Assembly (NCBI GenBank): GCA_002269645.1
Contig: NIVC01001476.1
Location: 124,001-188,000, forward strand
Reading direction: 5' to 3'
Length of the DNA: 64,000 bases
Source: Macrostomum lignano
Taxonomy: Eukaryota
Below are positions 23,691 through 35,600 of this stretch, piece after piece (within the stretch, counting starts at the first letter, position 1; the number at the start of each line of letters is the position of its first letter). The notes below the pieces were generated by a model. It did no database searches. It was not told the origin of the DNA and saw only the letters and a list, made by a program, of their open reading frames with translations. The position numbers were made by a program, and so were the translations under genes.

Positions 23691-25028
23691 CAAACTGGAT
23701 AAAGACTGGCTTGGTTGTTGTTCGCCATCAAATCTCCTAGTTTTGACTCTGTTACTTAGAATTTTTATCTAAACTGCCAAGGGCTTAGTGAATGTAATCA
23801 TTAAATAGACTGTTGTCCATGCTGAAACAATGATGGTATTATTAGCAGTTTTTGCACTTATTTGTTATACTATCCCTTAATCTAAGAAGCCGCTTCCAAT
23901 TAAAAGTACAAATGGAACTGGTGAATGTACTTTATTTAAATTTACTATTAAATGCTCTCTACATTGTTGAAGTGAATGAAGTGGCAATTTTTCTCTCCGT
24001 GTGTGGCAGCCGCTTCTGGTCAATCATATATATGTATATCTATTTCTGCTTTGTTATCTTCTTTCTGCTTGCCCGCCCGCCTAGTAGCAGCCTAGTTTTC
24101 TTTCTGCCCCGAATTCCCTCCAGATGTGCCGCCTACGTCATTCGGTTTCACTGTGTTTTAGAAAATCGCTGTTTGGCTTTTATCTGGCCGCTTTATCTTA
24201 ATCTATTTATCTGATTCCTCATTCTTTGGTCAACAAATCAAAATGGTCTTAACTGTTGTTTACTGCCTCTATTCTTGTTATGATAGTATTTTTAAACAAC
24301 TTCAGAACAAAAATCAAAACGACTGTTTATATTGCTTTATTCATATCGCCCCCTTTGGATTATTTAAATTTGATTGTTACGCTACTTAAGCTACTTATTA
24401 GTAAGTAGTATCTCTCGTATTTTGCTTTGTTCCATTCGTTTTGGTGGGAAGAATATAATTTTCTCGCTTTTTGAACTTCGAGCTGCCATTGTTGTTGAGT
24501 TAGCCTTCCCTTTTGTCACTGTTCTCATTATATTGGATTACTGGATTCGTTCAACTGAGTTTGTAGCGTCTTGGTGAGTAAAACAATCATAATATTGGCA
24601 ACTGTTTCCTGCGTCTGACTTTGCCACATTATTTTCTGCATTCTAAACGTTTTATCGCCTTCGTAAAATTGTTCGGCCAATTCATTAAAATTAGTAATTA
24701 AATATACTAATACACGTGCGTATCGCTTCAGTTTCACCACTAGTCTATGCTGCTTGATAAATATACAGGCTAAACGATACGTAGAGAGCTGTTCTTTTAT
24801 TGTTGGAACTTCTACGTGTATTAGACTGAATACACTAAAGGTCGGGTAAAATATTATCTTCGTTGCATTGCTTCGCTTTTGTTTTTTGTTTTAGAAAGCT
24901 CCTAAATCCTCTTCCCCAATTTTTTCTCAAATCTTCCCCAAATTAAAAAGTTTTTAAACAAATTTTCCAACTTTAAGATTTTGAAGCTGCACCAAAATCC
25001 TGTGCGTGCGAGCAAGAGATAACTTGAC

Positions 25029-25257
25029 CTCTCCTTACTGCTCTCTCATTGGCTGAGCTAGACAGGGCCTGCCCCCTAGGATGAGTTTCGTCCGTCTGAC
25101 TTTCACTTCTCTCCTTACTGCTCTCTCATTGGCTGAGCTAGACAGGGCCTGCCTCCTAGGATGAGTTTTGTCCGTCTGACTTTCACTTCTCTCCTTACTG
25201 CTCTCTCATTGGCTGAGCTAGACAGGGCCTGCCCCCTAGGATGAGTTTCGTCCGTCT
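25029..25257. repeat. 80-bp tandem repeat, about 3 copies, containing ATTGG (CCAAT on the minus strand)
   Basis: CTCCTTACTG recurs at 25031, 25111 and 25191. Confidence 0.9.
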
Positions 25258-26348
25258 TGCGTTCACTAATTTAGTACGGCGAGTTAAATTAAGTTAAGTT
25301 ATTTCGAGTCAAGTTAAACTTGTTCATTCTTAACCCCATGCTATCTCCTTGAGGCTGCAAACCCTGAGCAAGGAAAAGAAATTTGAAAAAGAGCTCTTAA
25401 CTTTTTTACAACTTAATTGCCAATGACGTGGTTATTTAAGTATCTGAGGCCTACACTTTCACATTCCCGTGACTTTATCCATTGATTTAAAAAAGTGAGG
25501 GCTCGCTTTAACGTTAAATAATTTCTCCACACTTCAACTCAAATTTAGAGTTTCTACTTGAAGAATTGGTTGTTAAATAATGAGGCAGTAAAAGTTTGAG
25601 AGCATTAAGAATTGCCCAAGTTTTTGCAACGGACCTTCAAAGTTGTGATGCAGACTATCTTTCTCTCCCGATGTTAGAAATTGCTTGGTAGAAAAATTTT
25701 TAGTCTAAACTTCATGCTTCACATCGTCGAAGTATTATTAGCCTCTTCCACCGCAGCAAAACAGTAAAGTACAAACTAATTTTTGAAAAACAGCAACTGC
25801 GATATGGATCGATGGGACACAACAAACGCGACACAAATTATTGTCGTTATTTTTGCTGGACCATTACTTGGTCAGTCCAGTTTCATTTTTTACCTTTATA
25901 ATTTTTCAAAGCCTTATTATTTAAAGACGCGGAAACGAGGGGGGGGGGCGAGGCGACACAAATAAAACTCGAGAACTTTTTAAAAACAGAAGAAGCGTTG
26001 TAATCATTGCGTCAGTTGACGAAATAGAATATTTATTTCCACCGCACTGACAGGGCGAGAGGACAAGAATTGGGCTCTGAAATTCTCATTTAGAAAAAAA
26101 CGCACTAAAATTGACTTCAGATAAGAAAAAGAGAACTAAAAAAAACACATAAAGACAGCAGCAGTGCAGTAGAGGAACCAGTCGGTCAGTTTGTTATAAC
26201 AAAATAGCAGTGCAATCGCAGCAGGCAAACTACAAGCATCGAACAAAGCGACCTAAAGCAATGTATAAGCTGAGAAAAAAGGTAAATAATTACACACTAT
26301 CAGGTGTTAAATATACTGTTTAAACTACATGACAACATTGACACTCTG

Positions 26349-26429
26349 CAGCAATCGGCAAGCTTTCTTACCCCAAGGGCCAGATGGAGAGTATTGCTCA
26401 TGGCTGTTAAGATTTTGGGACGACCCCTG
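26349..26429 (+). mobile_element. Short, internally deleted copy of the hAT/Charlie-like MITE family
   Basis: CAGCAATCGGCAAGCTTTCTTACCCCAAGGGCCAGAT...GCTCATGGCTG...GACGACCCCTG shares motifs with 1220-2317 and 40160-40525. Confidence 0.45.
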
Positions 26430-28509
26430 CTCTACATGAATGTGAGTAGAATTATAAATTTAAATTAAAACATCTCAGTAAGCTTAATTAACAGGATAAG
26501 ATCGGCAATGATAAATCACCAAGTTATGCTGCTAATACATTTTAGAGACCTGAGAGAGGCTTGTTATTAAACACAGATACAACACTACAGTAAGTAAATG
26601 TAAGTACAAGCGCTCTAAGAACTTCGGGTAGGATCACACGCTGATTAGAGGTATATATTGACGAAAAAATGTTTACATAATACAATAATAAAGCGAAATA
26701 AGTTGCGCTGCTACAGAGAAGAATAAAAATGAGAAAAAACTCGAAGTACATAAAAGTGCGCCAACACAACACAATGTTAATATAATCAGAGTTCGGTGAT
26801 TAATACGAGTTCAAATTTAATAAAACGATTCACTGTGTCCAAAGCATATTATTTTTAAAAAATCACATGCAAAAAATTGTTTTATTTACAGGTGAAGAAT
26901 CAGGTGGTCACTAAAAAATAAGGAATTTAATGAGTTGTTAGTTTTTTAACACGGAAATACGGGGTTGCGGCAGTTTCGTCAGGAATTGCGCTGCCAATCA
27001 GCTTGTCATCGGAGTAAATTAGTAACAGTAGATCAAATTAATCAGCAATAACTTTGCAGGGGCATAGGAGGGAAAATGCGACCGCAATTTCATATTGTAA
27101 ATAGATTCTTACTCAAACCTGAGCACATTTACAGATGGCTCAATGACGCGCAGAAGGGTTATAGTTAAAATTGTCAGTCTTTGTTGCAGAAAAATAGCAA
27201 CTAATAAATCTTAAATATACATTGTGCTGTCAGATTCCAAGGCCCTGGGGAGGGGCAAACAGTCTTTGTTCACTTAAATTAAAGACTAGCTGAGGCGGGC
27301 GGTTAACTGGCAAATTATTAAAAGCAGTTTTTATTGAAACATCATTTTTTTTGTTTTTTTTTACAAGACATTTTTAAATAGAAAAATAGCAGTAATCAAA
27401 GCATTTGATCGGTTTTGCATTGCTATTTTTGCTTTGCAGCCTGCTAAAATGTTTGTTCGGCTATAAGTAGTATATAAATATAACCAGCTGTTCTATTCAG
27501 AGAGACAGCAACACACTCTGGAATGCAAACCAAACACGCACACATGCGGCCGCAGCCTTCAATCTATTCGAATTCTATTGACAATCTGCCCCAATTTTGC
27601 AGATTGCAAATTACTGCTAGAGCGCAGATGAAGCCAGATTTTAATTATATTTGTTAAACGTGCTCAGGAAAAGCTGAACTGTCACCCTGAACTGTCACGG
27701 GCTTCTTGCCTGGTGCGCTGGCCTCGTAGGCGTCCTGCGGGCGAGTTCAGAAATAAATCAATTAGTAAAATTTAAATGCATATCAGTTTACTAGAAATGC
27801 GCGGTCAAACTACTGAAAATACAAAAAAAGAAATATGGATGCCTTAATAACGAAGGCATACACCGGAAAACAGTAATTTTACAGTGTAGTGGTGCACTAT
27901 AATTTTTTTGCTAGAACGGTAATGAGTTGCTTACATAACCTTTTGCTATGCTACTTGCAAGTTGGTATAGTTCTCAGGGATATTTATAAATATTGCTGAA
28001 TGCTCATGTTTGAGTAACCGGATACAGCCCAGAGATTAAAAACAGTTGTCAATCAAAAAATGTTTCGCCCGCCCTTAACCGCCATAGCAACTAACGCTAT
28101 AATCACAACCACACGGCAGTCACTAGTGCACGCAATTCATAATTGTTTTTTATGATCAAAGTCAAACAGGAAAATCATGATTTTCGAACACGCAATATTG
28201 AACTATATCAAAATATTTTCAGATCGACCTTTGCATTGAATACAATAGTGGCTAAGTTATTGTACGGTATATGCAGACAGATGCATTAAGAACTTTTTCA
28301 ATAAAAACGAAAAAAAGAATTTAATGAGACACAAAGAGGAAAAGTGGCATGCAAACTGCCCCCAGCACGAAACCCTTGATTAGAAAAGAAAGCTCTCACG
28401 AAGCAGACTATAAATTATATACACATGTACACATGTAACTAACATTAATGCTTCTAAAATTACTTGACACAATTAAGCTGCAAAATTACATTATCTATTG
28501 GCTAAAACT

Positions 28510-28871
28510 AAATCGATCACGTGATCATTTTGGCTGGACATGGCACCATGACTCATCTAGACTGTTAGTCTATGACTGCGGCTGAATCGATCACGTGATC
28601 ATTTCGACTGTACATGACTCCATTACTTATCTATTAGTCTATGGCTGCGGCTGAATTGATCACGTGATCATTTCGACTGTACATAGCTCCATTACTTATC
28701 TATTAGTCTATGACTGCGGCTGAATTGATCACGTGATCATTTCGACTGTACATAGCTCTATTACTTATCTTATTAGTCCATGACTGCGGCTGAATCGATC
28801 ACGTGATCATTTTGACTGTACATAGCTCTATTATCTATTAGTCTGACTGCGGCCAAATTGATCACCTGATC
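28510..28871. repeat. About 69-bp tandem repeat, 5-6 copies, each with the 12-bp palindrome GATCACGTGATC
   Basis: Palindrome at 28515, 28589, 28658, 28727, 28797 and a mutated copy at 28860. Confidence 0.9.
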
Positions 28872-29645
28872 AATTTTAAAGCACAATGCAATAGCAGCTC
28901 TCTAGGAAATCGTCTATAGGAAAACACACACACGAATAGCAACAAAAAAACCTGTGTGCAAAGTCAAAGAAGTGAAGACTGAGGGAAATATTGTATATAG
29001 CAATGAAAAAATATGTTGCAAACATAAAAAGCGACCACAACATTAACTGGCATGCGGGTTGTCGATTTTAAATATTTTATTATGTCCCCCCTGTCAGGGT
29101 TAAAAGGCTGTTTATGGTTGGCGGCCTACCTGATCTTGCAAAAGATCACTCGATCAAGTTAATTTGCAAGGCGGAACCAGGCCTGTTACGCTGCCTGTGT
29201 GTGCGTGCTTATAGATACTAAAAACATATTTGCCCCCCTCCTAGCCCAAACAGAACAAAAAGATAGTGACAGAAAGTGACAAATGATAAATAGATCGATT
29301 TAGTCTGAGACAGAGAGCAGGAGCTAAAAAATAGAGCTAAACTTATTGCACTCAGACACATTTGCTAGGCGACTAGGCATAACAATATTTAAATTACAAA
29401 TAAAAATGACACCTCAAATATGTAATAATTATATAATCATATAGATTCACTCTGGAATTCATTGCGCAGCTTCTGAATTTCAAGATATGAAGACAGGAAA
29501 GAAAAGTCAGATAGATGCTTGAGGCGCTGACTAAATAAGAATTTTACATATACAATATATACATACTATGCTTACTCCCCTATCTTACTACTTTACTAAT
29601 ATGATTATAATGAATAACAGGACTGGTCCCGCAGCATATTAACTA

Positions 29646-32600
29646 TCAGACTGCCGTTGAGGGCATGTCGTCCAATTTCTTGGCGGGTCCTCGGCGGTCC
29701 TGCCATTTCGGAGGGGGAGGAAACGGGTGTCGTTTTTGTGCAATCGGTGCCTCTTTCTGCTAAAATGGATCAGCAATGCCAAGTCGCAATGCACGCACAC
29801 ACAGGGGGGGGGTGCTGAATGTCGCTTAATCAGCATTCATGTTGATAATAGAGGAGAACACAGAGAAGAGCTGATAGACTTGCGACTTTGAAACAGCAAT
29901 TACTTATAGCTTACTGAATTATTCTAGCAAGCGCATAAAGCACGATTTGAACAAGGTGGCCATCCCAGCTGCATTTATAAGTTGAAACTGTTAGAGCCAA
30001 CGGCATAGCCAGTTAGAAGGCGGCACACACGTAGATATTACATAAAGAATTGTTATAATCAATTGAAACAGTTAGATCCATCGGGCATCAAAACTACTAA
30101 GAACATGTAGTCAGGATTTTTAAGAAAATATGAAGAAAAGTTGCATTTATAATTATGGCAATAGTTTTCTATGACACATTACACTATAGCACAGTCAGGG
30201 ACATTATGATAGACATTAATATTAATAAATAGACAATACAGTTGACAAAAAACACTGAAAATCATCAACAAGCATGCCACCAGTGAGACAAAAAAACAGA
30301 CAACTCAAATATAGTAAGTAAAAAAATAAGGCAATCTGAGTGCAATGGGTCGGTGCTTAAATCTGTGGCCCAATTTGACTGAGGATTGACCAAAGGGTGT
30401 TTGGCTTATGAGAACTCACCGCATCATTCTGGCCAACTTTGTCGTAGCGTTTGTCGTTGCCGCTGAAATTGCGTTGCGGACAATGGATGGAGAATTCGGA
30501 TGGAGAACTGTACTATTCTATCATTTTGGCAAGGCCAGAAGGGGGCAGGGTTGGGGACAATGTTGTGCAATGTTGTCGAACAAAGATGGAGGTAACTGAC
30601 TAAAGCGTACACAGATTTGGTGGCAAATACGAAACTGACAGCGACACGATAATATAGTACATTAGTGGAACTAAAACTGCTACCACTACTATTGCTTATT
30701 GTAGACACTTGTGGGTTCCGTATGGTGGTTTTCTGTTCCATATGATGGTTGTGGGTTCCGCATGATGGTTGTGGGTTAGGCATGATGGTTGTGGGTTAGG
30801 CATGATGGTTGTGGGTTCCTTATGATGGTTGTGGGTTCCTTATGATGGTTGTGGGTTCTGTATGATGGTTGTGGGTTCTGTATGATGGTTGTGGGTTCTG
30901 TATGATGGTTGTGGGTTCTGTATGATGGTTGTGGGTTCCGCATGATGGTTGTGGGTTCCTTATGATGGTTGTGGGTTCTGTATGATGGTTGTGGGTTCTT
31001 TATGATGGTTGTGGGTTCTGTATGATGGTTGTGGGTTCTGTATGATGGTTGTGGGTTCCGCATGATGGTTGTGGGTTCCGCATGATGGTTGTGGGTTCCG
31101 CATGATGGTTGTGGGTTCTGTATGATGGTTGTGGGTTCTTTATGATGGTTGTGGGTTCTTTATGATGGTTGTGGGTTCTGTATGATGGTTGTGGGTTCTT
31201 TATGATGGTTGTGGGTTCTGTATGATGGTTGTGGGTTCTGTATGATGGTTGTGGGTTCTGTATGATGGTTGTGGGTTCCGCATGATTGTTGTGGGTTCTG
31301 TAGTGATTGTGGATTCCGTGAGATGTGGGTTTCGTAGTGATCTATGTCATGGTTGTGGATTAAGTTTTGTAAGGCTGGGGCAAGGTGGTAGTTACATGGG
31401 GGGGGGGCTACGCACTTGGGGGAAGGGGGGCTACGAGAGGTTGCGGTTGCAATCACTATCACTGACTTGAGCTGTTGTTCTTCACGCAGTTAACAAAACT
31501 TCCAGTTGGGACAGGTAGCAGTATGGTACTATATAACTATATTTACTATATATAATAATACTAAACTTAAACTAAAACGAAGGCTCGCACTGGCAATGTA
31601 CGAGTGTACTACAACATCACTTAACTGAGGACTTGGATGACAAAATTAGTTAGAAAATGCACAACTGAAATTTCACTTTTTGAGACAATAAAGTACTTAA
31701 TCGTGCTTTCAAAAGTAAATTAATTATTAATAATAATAATAATAATTCATAAAGCCATGCAATTTTATTAACTTTATTTTCAGTCATTATTAGCATTCCA
31801 ATTGCGAGCAAATCTATCTATACACATAAACTAATGGACTAAATCTAGCACAAATTTAATTTTTTCATGAAATGTTCGCGGCATACTACTCACCCATTCT
31901 TAGGCTGCGAGTTGCGTCGCTTCAAAGCGATAGCTACGCCGGACACGATCACAATGAAGACGACCACTACAGCGATCACAATGCCAATGGTGATCATTGC
32001 CGAGTTTGGTGCTGCAATTGGCAAGTAGGTCATAGTAAATGTAAAATTCATCGATACGAGCTCTATACAGTGCAAAGATTTGTTTTTATCGGTTTATTTA
32101 CAGTGCTATGATAAATACAAGTTTATATAGTAAAAATCGTGTTTATGTAGACGCAAGCATTAAAAAACACTTTGTTTTCCCTTTTGGCCGTTTTGCCTCA
32201 AATTATAAGCTAATAACGCGAAACAAGCCTACTAGCAGTAGCCTAGTTGGGATGCAAGTTTCGATACGGGTGACGAGAATAAGCAATTATTGTAAAGCGA
32301 TACGCCATGGGAAGGCCGGATAGGGAGATCTCAAAATAAAGAGACTGCAAGGCGTCAAGGCCGCTTTATCCGAAATGGGGCCAATCGCGTAGGAGAGAGG
32401 GATCGGAGAGGGGGAGAAAGTGGGGGCACGGATAGTGGGAGGGTGGGTCTCGCCTAACACCCGAAATCCCTACGCTGCCCGACTCTTTAAAAACTAGCTC
32501 TTTCCGTCTCTGGGCCGGCTGTGAGCGCAGATCAGTAGAAAGAATAAGGCTCACCCTGCAGTCTATCAGCAGAGCAGCATGAGGAATTAGGCTGGGGGCG

Positions 32601-35600
32601 GGAGGGATGAAGACGTTGGTGAGGGGGGGGGGTCGTCTCAAGCCTGCGCCTGAGGATGGAGACGGAGATCGCAGCACGTGACAAGTCGGTCGGGGAGGGG
32701 TTAGCCTAAAAGTACAAGCGAGGAGGCCGCTGCTCATCCTATTTCCCCCTCTCTCTCTCTCTTTCCTCGACATCCCCCGTTTCAGCCAGCCCGGGAGGCA
32801 GCTCCCAAGAGAGCCCCGGCGCGAAAGCAACGAAATTCAGGCAGGTCGCCACGCCAGCGTGGGCAAAAACAGAGAGGGAGAGAGAGGGGAAGTTGGGAAA
32901 AAGAGGAAAAAAGAGGAATGCTCAAGCAGAGGCCCACTCAAGCCAATTGCAAGAGAGCCCCGGGAAGGGGTAGCAGAAGCAGCAGCGCTTGACTGACTCG
33001 AGAAAGGAACGAGTATAGAATGCGGATTGAAATTAATGTCGAAGCCGCAGGCTCGATACGTTAATGATACATACACGAGTGCTGCATCAATTCGATCCCC
33101 GAAGTCCGAAGTGGGAGGAGAGAGCTGGGAGAAACACGCAACTTGGGGGAGTGCTTTTCCCATTTCTAGCCAGTTTATACCACGAGCGCTTTTCCTATAC
33201 ACGGCAGCTGTACCATCACTAAGTGCAAGCATAAGCCTATACGAGCTATTCGTACGCACACATGCATATAATCTTAGCTAGCTAACGAAAGCTATATTAT
33301 AAACAGGTGCAGCAGAGGGTTCCTAAACCCCGCGCGCATCCTGTCCGCACTAACTGAATGAAAGAAAGGAAAAACTGCATATAGGCTTGAAATATATACA
33401 TGTATAAATGTCGGATACGATGAGGAATGACAGATGAGGGAGGCTGACTGCAGATGAATATACTACGTCCCACGGGGCCTTTCTCTTTTCTCTCCATTCA
33501 TTCCTCATCTCATCTCCTTTCTCGCCTCTCCCTTCTACCCTCTTCTCTCATCTCCTTTTTCTTTTTCTCTGCATCCTTTCCTCTCTCACCTGACCTGCAG
33601 CCCTGAGCTGGATTCTTTATCTGCTGGCACTTGAGATAAAAAAGGTTTACTGACCCCTGATGTAAAGTCAAACCTCGGTGAAATTTTCCAGAAAAATCTG
33701 GTGACAAATAAGTTCATCTAATTTTTCTTGGCACTGGCTTGAGAAAAGCCCCCTTTCTAGGCCGCAGTTCCGAGCGGAGCCAACCGAGAAACGCGAAGAC
33801 TTGATGACGCACAAGCCCTGCGAAGGCCACAGAGACTGAGACGGGAGAGAGCGAAGAAACATAAAAAAGGCAATTAACTGCTCGGTCCAATTTCTAATGG
33901 CATATATCTTTGCCATCCCCGGAGGGCAGGTTTTCTCTCTCTCTGCTGTATATCCCAGCTACTAAACTTGACTTTTTTACTTCCCTTTCCTCCAATGCCA
34001 AAGCCAACACGCGACAAATGGGATAATTCTTCTTCCGTGTCCCCAGAACTTGCCACTGTAGGTTCAAAGAACTGTCAACTATTTTCTTAGGCGTTTTGGT
34101 CTGAATGAATCACTGTCGTACACGCCCGGTGCTGCCTACCACCTGGTCTATAGTGTATCCGTAGGCTAAATATAACTTGGAAGACGAAGCTGAACTCTGC
34201 AGCCCAGTCCAGCGAAAATAGAATAGAAAAATAACAGACAGTAAGAAAAGGCGGGCAAGCGAGGTGGAACAAATCCACTGCTGCTTCTGCTACCGCCTCC
34301 CTTTTCAAAGGAATTCCTTTTCTACATGCAAAGCGGAATCTCTTGCGGAGGCATTCCTTCATTTTTTGGCCACTCGAAGCACAGTTTTTCTCTGCAAACT
34401 GTTCAAGCCCGCAAATTAGGCAGAATTTTTCACCTTTTCAAGACCTGACACTTCCTTGGCCTGTTTGGCCAAACAGCGTTGGAATATATGAATTGCGCAG
34501 TTAAGTTTTGCTCTTCAGCACAGACAGGCAATCGGGGCGCAGAGAAACTCGGCCAATTACAATCAAAGCTTCTCTACATAGGGGACTAATTAACAAATTC
34601 GGTTCGAGGCAAAGTGGCCTGGCCAGCCGCCGAATTCCCATCCAAAATCTTCTCAAGAGAGCAAAAATTGGCCAAAGTATCGACTTAACGAAAACACTCT
34701 TCTGCTAGTTTATTTACCAAAACCGAGTTTGGTTCCTTCTTTTAGCAAGCTGATTTCTATTGCGTCTTGATTTCCTATGGCTTTCTATCAATTTACCGTT
34801 CCACTCTCGCTAGCTCAAACGGACGAGTGAGCGCATTAGCCAGAGTCCGATATACCGATACTGGATTCTAACCGGGGCCCAGAATCTCTATTCCATCTTC
34901 TGAATAACAGCCTCATCTGCTTTCTAATGATGCCGCTCTTATTCCGCCTGAATCGGTCCTCTCCGCCAGTCCCCTATCAATCGGGGAAATTTTCCCGTCC
35001 AAGTCGTCTAAAAAGTTCTGCTTCCCAGTCTCCGCAGCCCTATCCAGGGGATGTCAAGCCGAGACTTAGCCGACTACTAAGGACAGTTCGAGACATCGCG
35101 CATTCGTTCTATTTCCATCACCCTTCTTCTACTGCTGCTGCTCTTCACGAAAGTTAAGCTAATCCCCCGATCAGATTGGGCCAGCAATCAGTCTGCGCCA
35201 GTAGCTGATTGCCACAGATAGACAGATAATAGGAGATGAAGAGAGGAAAGAGGGGGAGAAATTAGAAGACAGGAAGGACGACGACAAAAGTGCAGCAACC
35301 AGTAAAAAGCAGATTTTAAAGCAGTTCGATTCGGTAGCGAAGATTTTGTTCAAAAGTAAGATAGAGCACACTTCTGCCGCTTCTAGGAGAACTAAGAGAA
35401 CCGGTTTTCTCTCCCACGCACCAACTGTCGCTTTTGTTTTACACATTGAGCAAATAGTAGTGTACGTACGCTTCTTCTACCATTCATCTATGAGCTCACG
35501 CTGTGAGTTGGGCGTGATCGTTTCTCTGTCCTCTCTGTCTGTGAATGCTGGTTCAGTTAGACAGGCATTGTTAACTTGAGCATCCATTGCTACTGCGGGG

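Noticed and set aside
24370-26300. Short ORFs as possible transposase remnants
   Set aside because: No recognisable DDE, zinc-finger or other motif could be identified by eye.
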